A stretch of 64,000 nucleotides of DNA from Candidatus Heimdallarchaeota archaeon (GTDB lineage: Archaea > Asgardarchaeota > Heimdallarchaeia > Heimdallarchaeales > Heimdallarchaeaceae): the NCBI GenBank assembly GCA_030603365.1, contig JAUVXV010000004.1:280976-344975 (forward strand). Direction: 5' to 3'. This document shows, one piece after another, positions 40,091 to 50,448 of this stretch (its first letter is position 1; every line of letters starts with the position of its first letter). The notes beneath the pieces were generated by a model, which did no database searches, was not told the origin of the DNA, and saw only the letters and a program-made list of their open reading frames with translations. Both the position numbers and the translations under genes were made by a program.

Positions 40091-41988
40091 TTTCTCACCT
40101 TCAATTTCTTCCTGACTTCTGCTAGACTACCAGAAGTCATCTTATTCATATCTATACCCGAAACTAGGGCTTTAGCAGTCGCAATGACCTTGTTTTCATG
40201 AACGATAAAAATCTCATCATTTGGAAGAATGGTTGTATCTGCATTTATGCATCCGGGAGCATAGATGTTGCTTCCTAATACTTGGTCAACTCCAAATTCT
40301 AGTTTATTTAGAGTTTTATCAAGAATTTCTTGAGCTATTTTTGGCAGAATAGAAAGGTATCCTGTTTCAGATGAAAGACTAGCAATTTGTTCTCCTCCTC
40401 TAAATATTTGCAAATGTCTGGGATACTTACCTTTAACCTTAATGTCTTTTGAAAAAAGAATACTTCCTGTACCTTGACCATACTGAAAATCAGCTGTAAA
40501 CTGTAGTCTTCTAATTTTGGAAGACAGAATTTTATCCTTTTCTATTGTCTGATTTTCAATAAGATTGTAAAGAGTATCAGTTAGATTGTTTAAGGAATTT
40601 GGATTAGTTGGCGGATTCTCTGAGGAAGTGTCTATAATCTCAAATGAAGTTTCTTTTCTTACGATGTCAACAATATGCTGATAGCCATGCCCATGCATAT
40701 GATTTACTATCTTTATATCCTTAGGATAATGAGATAAAACATCCAACAGTAATCTTGAAGTAAGTTCTATTTCTTCATCCGACCAAACACCAGCTACGGG
40801 TATATCATAAAATCTTGCAGGATAAATACTCTCAAGTTCTCTTGGAACAACAGATAAAGGAGAAGTTACTATAATTTCAGATAATGTGTGGAAAACTTGT
40901 TTTCCAGCTTTCTTAATAGCACCACGAAATAACATGTGAGAACGTGAAAAAGAATAGGGTTTTTTTGCTGAACAAGGTAACAATAAAATAATTTTATCTT
41001 TTAAACTTGGCTTATATCTAGTTCTTATTCTCTCCCTATATTCTGAAATTACTGGATTATGGAGTGATTCTTCACCTATACATTTTATCTTTGTTGAAGA
41101 GATGATTGGCGTTCTATTTCTGAATACTTTGCTATATTTCTTATCAAGGTGCTTTAATGAGGCGGCAAAAGTTACTGATTTATGTATATCCTGTTCTACT
41201 AATTCCCTTAATGTCCCTTCTTCTAGAGCATACTTTACTTTAGCAATTTCATTCTTCATCATTAACTCATTATGACCTTGTATATCCTTTGGATCTTGGG
41301 AACAATACTGGCAGTAACATTTAGGATACTTGTCTAGGGGATATAACCTGTCTCCCAGAATGAAATATCCATTTTCAGATGTATAATAGGAAAGAGAGTT
41401 ATCAAAAAAATCAATCCCCATGTAAATTAGAAAAGAATAATTTGAAGGAGCTATGGGACCTGGGAGATAAATAGCAATATCTGGAGAGATTTTTTCCTTA
41501 AGATTAACCAATACTTCTGATAGTTTTCGTTGGTTGTTGAATATTTTATCTAACCCAATTAAAGCAATAAGAGACATATCGGTTTTTAGAACCGAGTCAA
41601 AAGATTCTGATTCAATGAAATCTATAGGTAAAAAGTAGATTTGTTTATGTATATCTTGTAAAGACAGAAAATTCTCAACATAAGTATTGTAATCTGCTTT
41701 AGACAGTTCATCATCAATAGATGAAGAATAAAAAGGTTGTAAGGAGTAAAGGAAAGAAGTAGCTAAAGCTCTTTCTTTCTTCTCTTCAGGAATATTCCAA
41801 TGCAAATTCAAGATTTTGTCAGTATTAGAATAGCTGGGGGGTAGAGAGATATCAAAGAAAGCAGCATAATCATCTGAATTACTTGACTTTTCGATGTCAA
41901 TAATACCTGGTGACAAATGAGTTCTGGTTCTTGTCTCAGCTAATATTCTAGCTAGACCATACTGTGATAGTGGTTGGAAGAATCTCAA
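40087..41988 (-). CDS. arcS: Archaeosine synthase subunit alpha (ArcS) with PUA domain
   Basis: LRELVE, LLPCSAKKPYSFSRSH, TSPLSVVPRELE, YDIPVAGVW, C-terminal PUA. Confidence 0.9.
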   Translation of the reverse strand: MRFFQPLSQYGLARILAETRTRTHLSPGIIDIEKSSNSDDYAAFFDISLPPSYSNTDKILNLHWNIPEEKKERALATSFLYSLQPFYSSSIDDELSKADYNTYVENFLSLQDIHKQIYFLPIDFIESESFDSVLKTDMSLIALIGLDKIFNNQRKLSEVLVNLKEKISPDIAIYLPGPIAPSNYSFLIYMGIDFFDNSLSYYTSENGYFILGDRLYPLDKYPKCYCQYCSQDPKDIQGHNELMMKNEIAKVKYALEEGTLRELVEQDIHKSVTFAASLKHLDKKYSKVFRNRTPIISSTKIKCIGEESLHNPVISEYRERIRTRYKPSLKDKIILLLPCSAKKPYSFSRSHMLFRGAIKKAGKQVFHTLSEIIVTSPLSVVPRELESIYPARFYDIPVAGVWSDEEIELTSRLLLDVLSHYPKDIKIVNHMHGHGYQHIVDIVRKETSFEIIDTSSENPPTNPNSLNNLTDTLYNLIENQTIEKDKILSSKIRRLQFTADFQYGQGTGSILFSKDIKVKGKYPRHLQIFRGGEQIASLSSETGYLSILPKIAQEILDKTLNKLEFGVDQVLGSNIYAPGCINADTTILPNDEIFIVHENKVIATAKALVSGIDMNKMTSGSLAEVRKKLKVRK

Positions 41989-42175
41989 TTTTACACCAGT
42001 TTAGTTTGTATGCAAGGATAAAAAAATAGAATAAAAAGAATCTGGTACATAAGAAAAATAACAGTTTGTTTAAGATAAGGTGAGAAGAATTTTGTAGATT
42101 TTAGCTAGCGGTACTTTCAGGAATTGGAAAGAGATAAACTAAAAAAGAGATTAAAGGTCGTTAGAATGACTGCAA

Positions 42176-43324
42176 ATGATTGATTATATGCTTCAAGAAA
42201 TAAACGAACAACCAGTTTACTTGCAGAATTTAATAAAAGAAAGCAAGGATCAAATACATGAAAAAGTAAACAATCTGAGAGAAAAAAAAGATATCCAAAG
42301 AATAGTATTAACTGGGTGTGGAGATTCATTGTGTGCAGCTCTGACCAGTGAAGCAGCATTTAACAAGAATGGTTATTCCACGTTTGCTTTTCCTCCTATG
42401 GAACTTTCTAGATATAGATATAAATTTCATGATTTACTTGATGAAAAAACATTACTGGTTCCCATTTCAGTAAGTGGAAAAACACCAAGGATAATTGAAG
42501 CAATAAATGCAGCGAGGAGTAAAAATAGTTCAATACTTTCGATAACAAATAATCCTGAAAGCAAAGTAGCCCTTATTTCAGATGATTTTGTTTATGCAAA
42601 GTCGTCACAGGTTGAATCTTTGAAAACAAGTTCATATGATGGAGAAATAAGTAGTAAGTATGTGGGATATGAGCATGATGTACCTCAAACAAAGAGTTAT
42701 ACAGCTGTGCAAATGGCTTTGTTATTATTAGCAAAAAGTTTTGAAAAAGACCCAGATTATTCAGAATTATTAGCTATTCCTGATTCGATTAGAAAAATAG
42801 TAAGTAACTCACTAATAAAAGAACTAGGGATAGAATCTTGTGATGCTTCAAGACATATTTTTTCAGCATCTGGACCTAATTATGGAAATGCTCTTTTCGG
42901 AGAATTCAAGATGTATGAATTCTCTCTTCCTGGCTTTAGTAAAGAAATAGAGGAATACTGTCATACTGCTTATTTCATAACAGAAGAAAATACTCCAGTT
43001 ATGTTCATAGCACCAGAAGGTGAATCTCTTTTAAGGGTATCAGAAATAGCCCCAGTACTTCACACTATTATCAAAGCAAATTCAATTGTTTTATCAAATA
43101 AGTCCCCAACCTTTGAACATGGGATGTGGATTGACATACCATATTATGGGTCAGAGGAATATTCAATAATTCCATATGGTGTGGTTGCGCCACTATTTGC
43201 TTATTGGGTTGCGAAAAAAAAGGGTTTGAATGTAAATACATTCAGGGGAGGAATAGAACAAGAAAAATATACAGAAGGCGCATATTATACAATAAGAAGA
43301 AGCAAAATAAAAGAAGATTATTAG
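42176..43324 (+). CDS. Double-SIS-domain sugar-phosphate isomerase/deglycase (GlmS C-terminal/FrlB-like)
   Basis: EINEQP, TGCGDS, ISVSGKT, QTKSY, KMYE, EEYCH; no amidotransferase domain. Confidence 0.85.
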   Translation: MIDYMLQEINEQPVYLQNLIKESKDQIHEKVNNLREKKDIQRIVLTGCGDSLCAALTSEAAFNKNGYSTFAFPPMELSRYRYKFHDLLDEKTLLVPISVSGKTPRIIEAINAARSKNSSILSITNNPESKVALISDDFVYAKSSQVESLKTSSYDGEISSKYVGYEHDVPQTKSYTAVQMALLLLAKSFEKDPDYSELLAIPDSIRKIVSNSLIKELGIESCDASRHIFSASGPNYGNALFGEFKMYEFSLPGFSKEIEEYCHTAYFITEENTPVMFIAPEGESLLRVSEIAPVLHTIIKANSIVLSNKSPTFEHGMWIDIPYYGSEEYSIIPYGVVAPLFAYWVAKKKGLNVNTFRGGIEQEKYTEGAYYTIRRSKIKEDY

Positions 43325-44082
43325 GGATTGTTAAATTCTATACTTTCAACTTTAAATCTCACATATTCGAAATCTTCCTCAGGGAGATACCATATGCCAA
43401 CAAAATATGTTGGAACTCTAAAGCTTCCAAAATCCTGATAATTCTCATAATAGCCTCCCCATTTGTCAATAGATGATTCCGATCTAGTTAATCTAGCTCT
43501 CTCAGCTTCAAAACTAATAATTTCTCCTTTTTCATTGAAAGTGAAAATTCCCTCTGCTTTTAGTCCTTCATCTTCAATGAAGATTCGAGCAGAAGTAGAA
43601 TCAATTTCCTCCCATCTAATGTAATTAGCCGTAAGAAAAACAGAGGGGAATAATGGCATTTCAGAGATGAATCTAAGAAGAGATGCTTTATCCATATCAG
43701 GACCTGTATCTTTCCCCATTGGAATAATTTTGTTGAGTCTAATCTTGACTTCTCCTTTCCCTTTATAATAGAAATCTCTAGCAGTTATTACTAAAATAGG
43801 TAAAGGTTTGATTTTTCCTTTCCAGAAGAACGCAGGTTTTTCGGATAAATAATGATAAAAACCCTTGATGGAAAACCAAGGTTGTTTTGGATCTGTTCGA
43901 AATTCACCACTATGTAATAACCTAGCGTAATATATTGGTTCAATACCTTCTTTCAGAACAAGACGAAGATATTTTTGAACAATCTCAGGAAAAGTATCTA
44001 ATTTTTCAAAAGAAGTTGGTTCTCTCTCTTTTTGAGAGGAGATTAAAGCATCATTAAGGATTTCTTTCTTCATTGATATCAA
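43321..44082 (-). CDS. DUF6544/DUF6920-like protein
   Basis: PEIVQKYL, RFISEMPLFPS, FRVPT...W pattern. Confidence 0.7.
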   Translation of the reverse strand: MISMKKEILNDALISSQKEREPTSFEKLDTFPEIVQKYLRLVLKEGIEPIYYARLLHSGEFRTDPKQPWFSIKGFYHYLSEKPAFFWKGKIKPLPILVITARDFYYKGKGEVKIRLNKIIPMGKDTGPDMDKASLLRFISEMPLFPSVFLTANYIRWEEIDSTSARIFIEDEGLKAEGIFTFNEKGEIISFEAERARLTRSESSIDKWGGYYENYQDFGSFRVPTYFVGIWYLPEEDFEYVRFKVESIEFNNP

Positions 44083-44123
44083 GTCTGAATCTAGTGAAAT
44101 AGATTTTTCACGAGAATATAGAT

Positions 44124-44200
44124 TGGCGGGCTTGGCCGGATTTGAACCGGCGACCCTCAGGTTAAAAGCCTGCTGCTCTGCCTAGCTGAGCTACAAGCCC
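44124..44200 (-). tRNA. tRNA-Lys(UUU)
   Basis: Reverse complement GGGCTTGTAGCTCAG...CAGG CTTTTAA CCTG...GGTTCAAATCC...CCA. Confidence 0.95.
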
Positions 44201-44294
44201 GTTACGTTTCCTCTGTTTCTGCTCTTTTAATAAAACTTTCGTTTTACATCAAATTATTACAAAGTTATTACTTGTTTATGTTGTTATCGAAAAT

Positions 44295-44870
44295 TCAGAT
44301 GAATTGTATCATCTTTGCTTTTGTTAGTATAACTCTTTTCCTCGTACCTGGCGCATTCAATAGATGCCAAACTGTGTATTGTTCTTCATACGGATAGGTA
44401 GCAGAAATACCGTCAACAGGAACAATTATTTCTAATTTTCTTTTAGCTGCTCCAGTAGCTGTATGTAGAACTGCTCCGTTTGCAGAAGTTCCAACAATTA
44501 TTACCGTTTTAATCTTATGCTCTTTCAAGAGATCCTCTAAATTTGTTTGATAAAATTTATCCACACCAGCTTTTACAATCTGTTCATCTCTTCGCGGAAG
44601 TACCTCTCTTCTCACGTCAGCTTTAGAAGCTGCACTTGTCAAAGTGTAAATAACTAGCATCTCACTTTTTCTCGATTTTTCTAACAACATCTGAACATTA
44701 TGTAATGTTTTGACACATCTAGGTCTTCTATCTTGATTGCAATTTTGATTCTGAATATCAAGAACAAGTAAAGCTGTTTCCCTTAGTTTCAGTTTTACTT
44801 CCGTCAATTCTGGAACAGCTGGAGCCTTAACTCTCTCCCATTGTTCGATGATGGTCTCTTCTTTAGCCAT
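44295..44870 (-). CDS. Isochorismatase/cysteine-hydrolase family protein
   Basis: ALLVLDIQ, DKFYQTNLE..L, VIIVG; the usual catalytic Cys appears replaced (ANGAV). Confidence 0.85.
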   Translation of the reverse strand: MAKEETIIEQWERVKAPAVPELTEVKLKLRETALLVLDIQNQNCNQDRRPRCVKTLHNVQMLLEKSRKSEMLVIYTLTSAASKADVRREVLPRRDEQIVKAGVDKFYQTNLEDLLKEHKIKTVIIVGTSANGAVLHTATGAAKRKLEIIVPVDGISATYPYEEQYTVWHLLNAPGTRKRVILTKAKMIQFI

Positions 44871-44986
44871 AACTTTGGTTTCGCATAGCAATATAAAATA
44901 GTATCTAATTGCTTTGACGCCCTACCTCTCGATGTCTTATTGAAAAGCTTAAGTAGCTTCCCTTTTTTATGTAGGGTAACGCAAAA

Positions 44987-45691
44987 TTGGTGCTAACAAT
45001 GGATATATTTAGCCTCTCAAGTCGAGAAATCTCTCTTTTAATATACCTTGCTCAGAATAGAGCAGCTGAGAAAGAAATAGAGATAACTACAACTCAACTT
45101 GCAAATTTCTTTAAGATTTCACAGCAAACCGCATCACGTTGTCTTCTGAAATTGAATGAAATGCGAATTGTAACTTGGAAATCTTCACCAAAAGGATCCT
45201 TAGTTATGTTAACTTCTCAAGGAACACACATTTTAGATCAACTTCGTTTTGAATTAGAAAAAGCCTTACATCCTGACTTAACATTTATTGAACTGAAAGG
45301 AACTGTTTTTTCAGGTAGAGGAGAGGGAAAATACTATGTATCAAGGCCAGCTTATATGAAATCCTTTCAATCCCAGTTGGGATATAAACCATATCATGGA
45401 ACTTTAAATGTTAGAATTGGAAATAATTACATTGATCATCTGGATTTAATTAGAGGTTCATGGCCAGTAATAATCCCTGGTTTTGAGAGTGAAGAAAGGC
45501 CTTTCGATGATGTTTTGTGTTATCCTCTGAAAGTCATAGGTCTTGAAGACAAAGTTGCTGGTATAATTCCGCGCAGAACGCATTATGGTGCAAATGTTCT
45601 GGAATTGATTAGCAAAGTTTGTATAAGAGATATACTGAATCTAGCAGATGGTGATGAAATAGTAATTGAATTCCCTTTAACACATGATTAA
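44987..45691 (+). CDS. ribK: CTP-dependent riboflavin kinase with N-terminal wHTH (RbkR-like)
   Basis: SQQTASR HTH; GTVFSGRGEGKYY, PYHGTLN, RTHY, LELIS. Confidence 0.92.
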   Translation: MVLTMDIFSLSSREISLLIYLAQNRAAEKEIEITTTQLANFFKISQQTASRCLLKLNEMRIVTWKSSPKGSLVMLTSQGTHILDQLRFELEKALHPDLTFIELKGTVFSGRGEGKYYVSRPAYMKSFQSQLGYKPYHGTLNVRIGNNYIDHLDLIRGSWPVIIPGFESEERPFDDVLCYPLKVIGLEDKVAGIIPRRTHYGANVLELISKVCIRDILNLADGDEIVIEFPLTHD

Positions 45692-45705
45692 GGAAATGAG
45701 TAACC

Positions 45706-46344
45706 ATGGTAGGAATTGAAGAGAAAAGGATAATTAGACAAATTTATGTTAATAATCTTACAGGACTTACATCTGATCTCTCAGTTCTAACTAGGCAATT
45801 AGAAATGTCTGCAAATCTTCTAGAATCATTCATTTCTTCTTTAATAACAAAGGATTCCTTGACTATTGATTCAGAAAAAAAAATCCTTTTGACTCAATTG
45901 GGGAGAAAACAAATTTCTGTAGTACTGACTGGTGGAACGTATGATATAATCCACATAGGTCATCTGTTTACATTAGAACAAGCGAGATTCTTAGGTGATG
46001 CACTAGTTGTTATTTTAGCTACCGATAAGAATGTAGAGCGACTAAAGAAACACCCACCTAACAATTCTTTAGATGATAGAGCTAAAGTTCTAGAAAATGT
46101 GAAAAGTGTGGATGCTGTAGTAAAAGGGAGTGAAACAGATTTTATAAGCACTGTTGATCTTATCCATCCAGATATTATTGCACTTGGTTATGATCAAGCT
46201 GAAGAAGAAAAAACATTGTATAGCAGCATCTCAACTAGAGGACATTCTCATGTTAAAATCATTAGATTGAAGAAGTATGTCCCAGGAAAATCTACCTCTA
46301 AAATCGTGCAAGATATAATTAATCATAATTATCGTAAGAAATGA
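45706..46344 (+). CDS. ribL: FAD synthetase (RibL-like cytidylyltransferase) with N-terminal extension
   Basis: GGTYDIIHIGH, PDIIALGYDQ, STSKI; adjacent to ribK. Confidence 0.85.
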   Translation: MVGIEEKRIIRQIYVNNLTGLTSDLSVLTRQLEMSANLLESFISSLITKDSLTIDSEKKILLTQLGRKQISVVLTGGTYDIIHIGHLFTLEQARFLGDALVVILATDKNVERLKKHPPNNSLDDRAKVLENVKSVDAVVKGSETDFISTVDLIHPDIIALGYDQAEEEKTLYSSISTRGHSHVKIIRLKKYVPGKSTSKIVQDIINHNYRKK

Positions 46345-46408
46345 ATTTTCTTGTATTTCGAATCAATTTTGAGAAACTTTCTTATTCTTTCTGGATTATC
46401 TTCCTTGT

Positions 46409-47806
46409 ATGTTCGTCAAAAACAAGTCTTTACTATTGGACTTGGGAAGAAATGAAAAAGAGAAAGCAAATATTAGCACTATTGTCAATCTTACTGATTT
46501 CATTCTGAATGAGGCTCAACCAGCAAAAATGTTGTCATCATCAGTTTCTATTTCAGATGCTAAAATAAAAATCAATAATAAAGAATATACTATAAACCAA
46601 TACAAGAATTTCTACCTTATTTCTTTCGGAAAAGCTTCTCAAAAGATGGCTAAATGGGTTATTGAAAGATTCCCTAAGAACTTTTCTCGTATTATTATCG
46701 TATCCCCAGACGACTGTGATCAATATTTTAAAGCATATGATGATTTGATCTTCTTCAAGGGAGGGCATCCAAAACCAACAGAACAAAGTGTGCAAGCTGC
46801 TAGAGAGGTTATCTCTCTTTTAGAAAAAACAACCAAAGAAGATTTGTGCATATTTCTTATTTCTGGAGGAGGAAGTGCATTATTGGAACAACCGGATTAT
46901 GATATTCTTTTTTCAGATTACGAGAAACTTGTAGATTTGTTATTGTCCAGTAATGTCTCTATTCAAGAATTTAATACCGTTCGAAAACATTTTTCTAGAA
47001 TTAAAGGAGGAAAACTTGCTCAAAAAACTGAAGCTTTCATTGTTAGTTTGATAATCTCTGATGTTATTGGAAATGATATCTCTAGTATAGCATCTGGTCC
47101 TACAGCACCAGATGAAACAAATTGGATAGACTGCGAAAGAATATTTACTAATTATTCTTTAATGCCTTTAATTCCAGATAGTATCTCCAGCATATTAGCC
47201 AAAGGATTGAATTCAGTTCTTCCAGATACTCCATCAGAAACTGAGTTATTTAATCATGTTCAAAATCACATCATTGGAGATAATACCACATTACTTCAAC
47301 GTATCAATGAACATCTTAACACTAAAGGAGTATCAGAGATTATTGACGAATCAGTTACAGGAGAATCAAGAGAAGTAGGAGAAAAATTGGCTCAAAAAAT
47401 AACACAGAAGATTGCTAGTTTTGTGGAAGAAGGATTTAAAGAGCCCAAATCAGCTTTGAATTTGATTTTTGGAGGTGAAACCACAGTTACTCTTAGGTCT
47501 CTAGAAGGTAAAGGTGGTAGAAACCAAGAACTAGCTCTATCTTTTGCTCTTTCATTGACAACAAACAATTCTGTATATCTTTTGTCTTTGGGAACCGATG
47601 GTATGGATGGTAATTCCGAAGCTGCAGGAGCCTTGATAGGACCTTTCACTATAGATAAAACAAAAAGAATACAAGAAGCTCGTTTAGCTTTAAAGAAGAA
47701 CGATACAAATTCCTTTTTCAAAAAGTATGGTGGTGAATTAATTACTGGTTATACTGGAACCAATCTTATGGACATAGGGGTAATTATTCACTTTCCTGAA
47801 GATTGA
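46409..47806 (+). CDS. Glycerate 2-kinase (MOFRL family)
   Basis: GHPKP, LISGGGSAL, RKHFSRIKGG, SDVIG, GGETTV, GGRNQE, TGTN. Confidence 0.93.
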   Translation: MFVKNKSLLLDLGRNEKEKANISTIVNLTDFILNEAQPAKMLSSSVSISDAKIKINNKEYTINQYKNFYLISFGKASQKMAKWVIERFPKNFSRIIIVSPDDCDQYFKAYDDLIFFKGGHPKPTEQSVQAAREVISLLEKTTKEDLCIFLISGGGSALLEQPDYDILFSDYEKLVDLLLSSNVSIQEFNTVRKHFSRIKGGKLAQKTEAFIVSLIISDVIGNDISSIASGPTAPDETNWIDCERIFTNYSLMPLIPDSISSILAKGLNSVLPDTPSETELFNHVQNHIIGDNTTLLQRINEHLNTKGVSEIIDESVTGESREVGEKLAQKITQKIASFVEEGFKEPKSALNLIFGGETTVTLRSLEGKGGRNQELALSFALSLTTNNSVYLLSLGTDGMDGNSEAAGALIGPFTIDKTKRIQEARLALKKNDTNSFFKKYGGELITGYTGTNLMDIGVIIHFPED

Positions 47807-47808
47807 AG

Positions 47809-48450
47809 TTAGTTTTTATTCATTTCTTGAAGCTTTTCTTCTAGATTTTTACTTTGTTGCGCTACAAATAAATCAGATAGTGTGCGTTCAACTAATACTC
47901 TTGCTGTATCTTTTTTTCTGCGAAGATCGGGAATAAGATTTTTTCCAAAATCGATTTGTAGAAAGGTTCCATAAAGTTCTTTCATAATATTGTAGAAATA
48001 TTTAGCTTTAGTAACATCTCCTTCAACAAGTCTTTCTAACGAATACCTTCTTAGTTCTCCAATTAAATCAGCTATGCCTAGAAGATAAGCTTGATCCGTT
48101 ACCTCTAATTCTTCTACATTTGACAAATTTCTATCTTCTATCACATCAAGAAATAATCTAGCTTCAACATACTCTTGCATTGCAACTCCAACAATTCCAA
48201 GATTGAAAGTTTTTTGGTCCTCTTTTAGAAAACTATTGATTTTACCTATTGCAGTTTTTGCTTCACTAAGTTTTGTTTTTGCTTCTTCTATGTTATTTCT
48301 ATGAAAGCTTTCAATACTTTGCCCTGCAAATTTAATGGTTTGTCTGGAAAGCTTTAGCAAATCATCTCTTATACCATCTTTCTTCAAGAGTCTTCCTTCA
48401 ATCTCTGAAGCTGAATTTTGAAAGTTTGTCGAATTAACCATTTTACTCAC
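47809..48450 (-). CDS. Translin/Trax-family protein
   Basis: QEYVEA, YLLGIADLIGELRR, LRRKKD. Confidence 0.9.
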   Translation of the reverse strand: MSKMVNSTNFQNSASEIEGRLLKKDGIRDDLLKLSRQTIKFAGQSIESFHRNNIEEAKTKLSEAKTAIGKINSFLKEDQKTFNLGIVGVAMQEYVEARLFLDVIEDRNLSNVEELEVTDQAYLLGIADLIGELRRYSLERLVEGDVTKAKYFYNIMKELYGTFLQIDFGKNLIPDLRRKKDTARVLVERTLSDLFVAQQSKNLEEKLQEMNKN

Positions 48451-48568
48451 TTAATTTCTATAAAGCTATTTCAAATATCTTGTGCTTTGTGAATAATTTA
48501 GTAAACAATCAATAAATGTTTAATAGTACGATTCTTTTCGTAAGCCGACTAAGCTTAGGACGATAATT

Positions 48569-49642
48569 ATGTTTCTTACACAGTATGATAACATCCTTAA
48601 GAAAGTGGACAAAACACTGAAAGAATTTCTACAAGAAAAATCAGAAACTTTCTATGATAATCCCTTTTTAAAATACTTCTATAAAGAAATTGAGAAATTC
48701 CTTTTTTCTGGAGGTAAACGAATAAGACCAGTTTTAATGTTCTTTTCAAGTATAGCAATTGATCCTAATGTTAATGAAGACGGAATCATAAAGGCATCTC
48801 TCTCTCTAGAATTACTTCATAATGCTAGTCTTATACATGATGATATAATGGATAATGCAGAAACAAGAAGAGGAATGAGTGCTTTTCATAAAACACTGGC
48901 AGGTTATTCTTCACTTAACTATGAAGAAAGTACTCAAAATCCTGAAGATTTTGGAATCGCAATGGGTATCCTCGGTGGTGATTTTTTGTATAATCTCGCA
49001 TATAATGCGATTCATGTCAATGACTTTTCACCAGACAAAGTACTCCAAGCATCACTAGAATTCAATCAAGGATTTTTCAAGGTAGTAAGAGGAGTAATTA
49101 TCGAAACAGACTTGATGGGCAAATTTGCTATTTCTGAAGATAAATATATAGAAATGGTGATAGGAAAAACAGCTGCTTTATTTGAATCAGCAGCCAAAAT
49201 GGGGGCGATTTTAGCAGGAGCTGATAATTCGCAGATAGAGATTTTGGGTGATTTTGCTCGCACAGCAGGAATAGCTTTCCAAATTGTAGATGATATTATA
49301 GGAACATTTGGTGATTCTAAAAAAACTGGTAAGCCTACAGATAGTGATCTAAAAGAAGGGAAGAAGACTTTACTTCTTATCAAAGCAATAGAAACAGCTG
49401 ATGACGATCAAAGAAAAACTATTGAAAAAGTTGTAGGCAATAGAAATTCAACTCCTGACGAAATAGAACAAGTCAGAAACATAATTGTAGAGACAGGATC
49501 TTTGGAATATTCAAGAAAACAAGCAGAGCAATTATATCACGAATGTACTATGTATTTGGATAAGATTCAACCTCCAATAAATGAAAAATATAAGAAATTC
49601 TTACTTGAAATAGCAAAGATGGGGATTGAAAGGGAAAAATAA
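48569..49642 (+). CDS. Geranylgeranyl diphosphate synthase (polyprenyl synthetase)
   Basis: GGKRIRP, LIHDDIMD..RRG, KTAALF, FQIVDD, GKKT. Confidence 0.93.
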   Translation: MFLTQYDNILKKVDKTLKEFLQEKSETFYDNPFLKYFYKEIEKFLFSGGKRIRPVLMFFSSIAIDPNVNEDGIIKASLSLELLHNASLIHDDIMDNAETRRGMSAFHKTLAGYSSLNYEESTQNPEDFGIAMGILGGDFLYNLAYNAIHVNDFSPDKVLQASLEFNQGFFKVVRGVIIETDLMGKFAISEDKYIEMVIGKTAALFESAAKMGAILAGADNSQIEILGDFARTAGIAFQIVDDIIGTFGDSKKTGKPTDSDLKEGKKTLLLIKAIETADDDQRKTIEKVVGNRNSTPDEIEQVRNIIVETGSLEYSRKQAEQLYHECTMYLDKIQPPINEKYKKFLLEIAKMGIEREK

Positions 49643-49654
49643 AGGGGTTATACG

Positions 49655-50446
49655 ATGGACATACCAACAGCTGAGATTGTTTGTTTGGGTAATGAGTTAT
49701 TGATTGGTTTTACGATTAATACCAATGCTACATATCTAGGTGAGCAATTAACAAAACTGGGGTTTGAAGTTAGACGTGTGACTTGTATAAGAGATGATTT
49801 GACATTAGCTGTAGAGTTCTTTCAAGAAGTATTTGAAAGAAAACCCGATTTGCTTCTAATATCAGGCGGGTTGGGGCCAACCTATGATGATATACAATTA
49901 GAAGTAGTGTCCAAAGCAACCGGAATTGATCTAATAGAGAACAAAGAAGCTCTTAATCAAATTCGAGAATTTTATAGTCGTAAGAATGCGGATCTTACCA
50001 AAGAAAGACGGAAGATGGCATTTTTACCAATAAAATCTGAAGTTCTAAGGAACTATGTAGGCGGTGCTCCAAGTTGTTACTTAAATTACTTGGGAACAGA
50101 AATTTACTGCTTACCAGGTGTTCCTACTGAGATGAAAGATATTTTCTCGAGGCATATTATACCACGTCTGAAGGAAGATAATGATAGAGTGTTATATGAG
50201 AAAAAATTTCAAATTTTCAGAAGTATTGAAAGTCAGTTGGCACCATTTATCTTATCCGTGAAAGATAAATTTAATGAATTATATATCAAATCTCATCCAG
50301 CTTACAAGGATAAAGAAGGCATAATAATTCACATTTCGGGTTTAGGAGAAAAAGCTAAATCTGAAGTAGATGCAGCTGTAGAAGAACTTCAAACATTAAT
50401 CTTTGAGAATATTCCAGATATTAAAATTGAAACATTAGTTGAATAA
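49655..50446 (+). CDS. CinA-like molybdopterin-binding-domain protein
   Basis: GNELLIG..INTNA, SGGLGPTYDD, LPGVPTEM, YIKSHP. Confidence 0.9.
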   Translation: MDIPTAEIVCLGNELLIGFTINTNATYLGEQLTKLGFEVRRVTCIRDDLTLAVEFFQEVFERKPDLLLISGGLGPTYDDIQLEVVSKATGIDLIENKEALNQIREFYSRKNADLTKERRKMAFLPIKSEVLRNYVGGAPSCYLNYLGTEIYCLPGVPTEMKDIFSRHIIPRLKEDNDRVLYEKKFQIFRSIESQLAPFILSVKDKFNELYIKSHPAYKDKEGIIIHISGLGEKAKSEVDAAVEELQTLIFENIPDIKIETLVE

Positions 50447-50448
50447 AA

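Noticed and set aside
27011-44200. Integrated element bounded by tRNAs
   Set aside because: No integrase or duplicated tRNA 3' end was seen, and the interval contains core genes (aEF1-beta, arcS, RaSEA).
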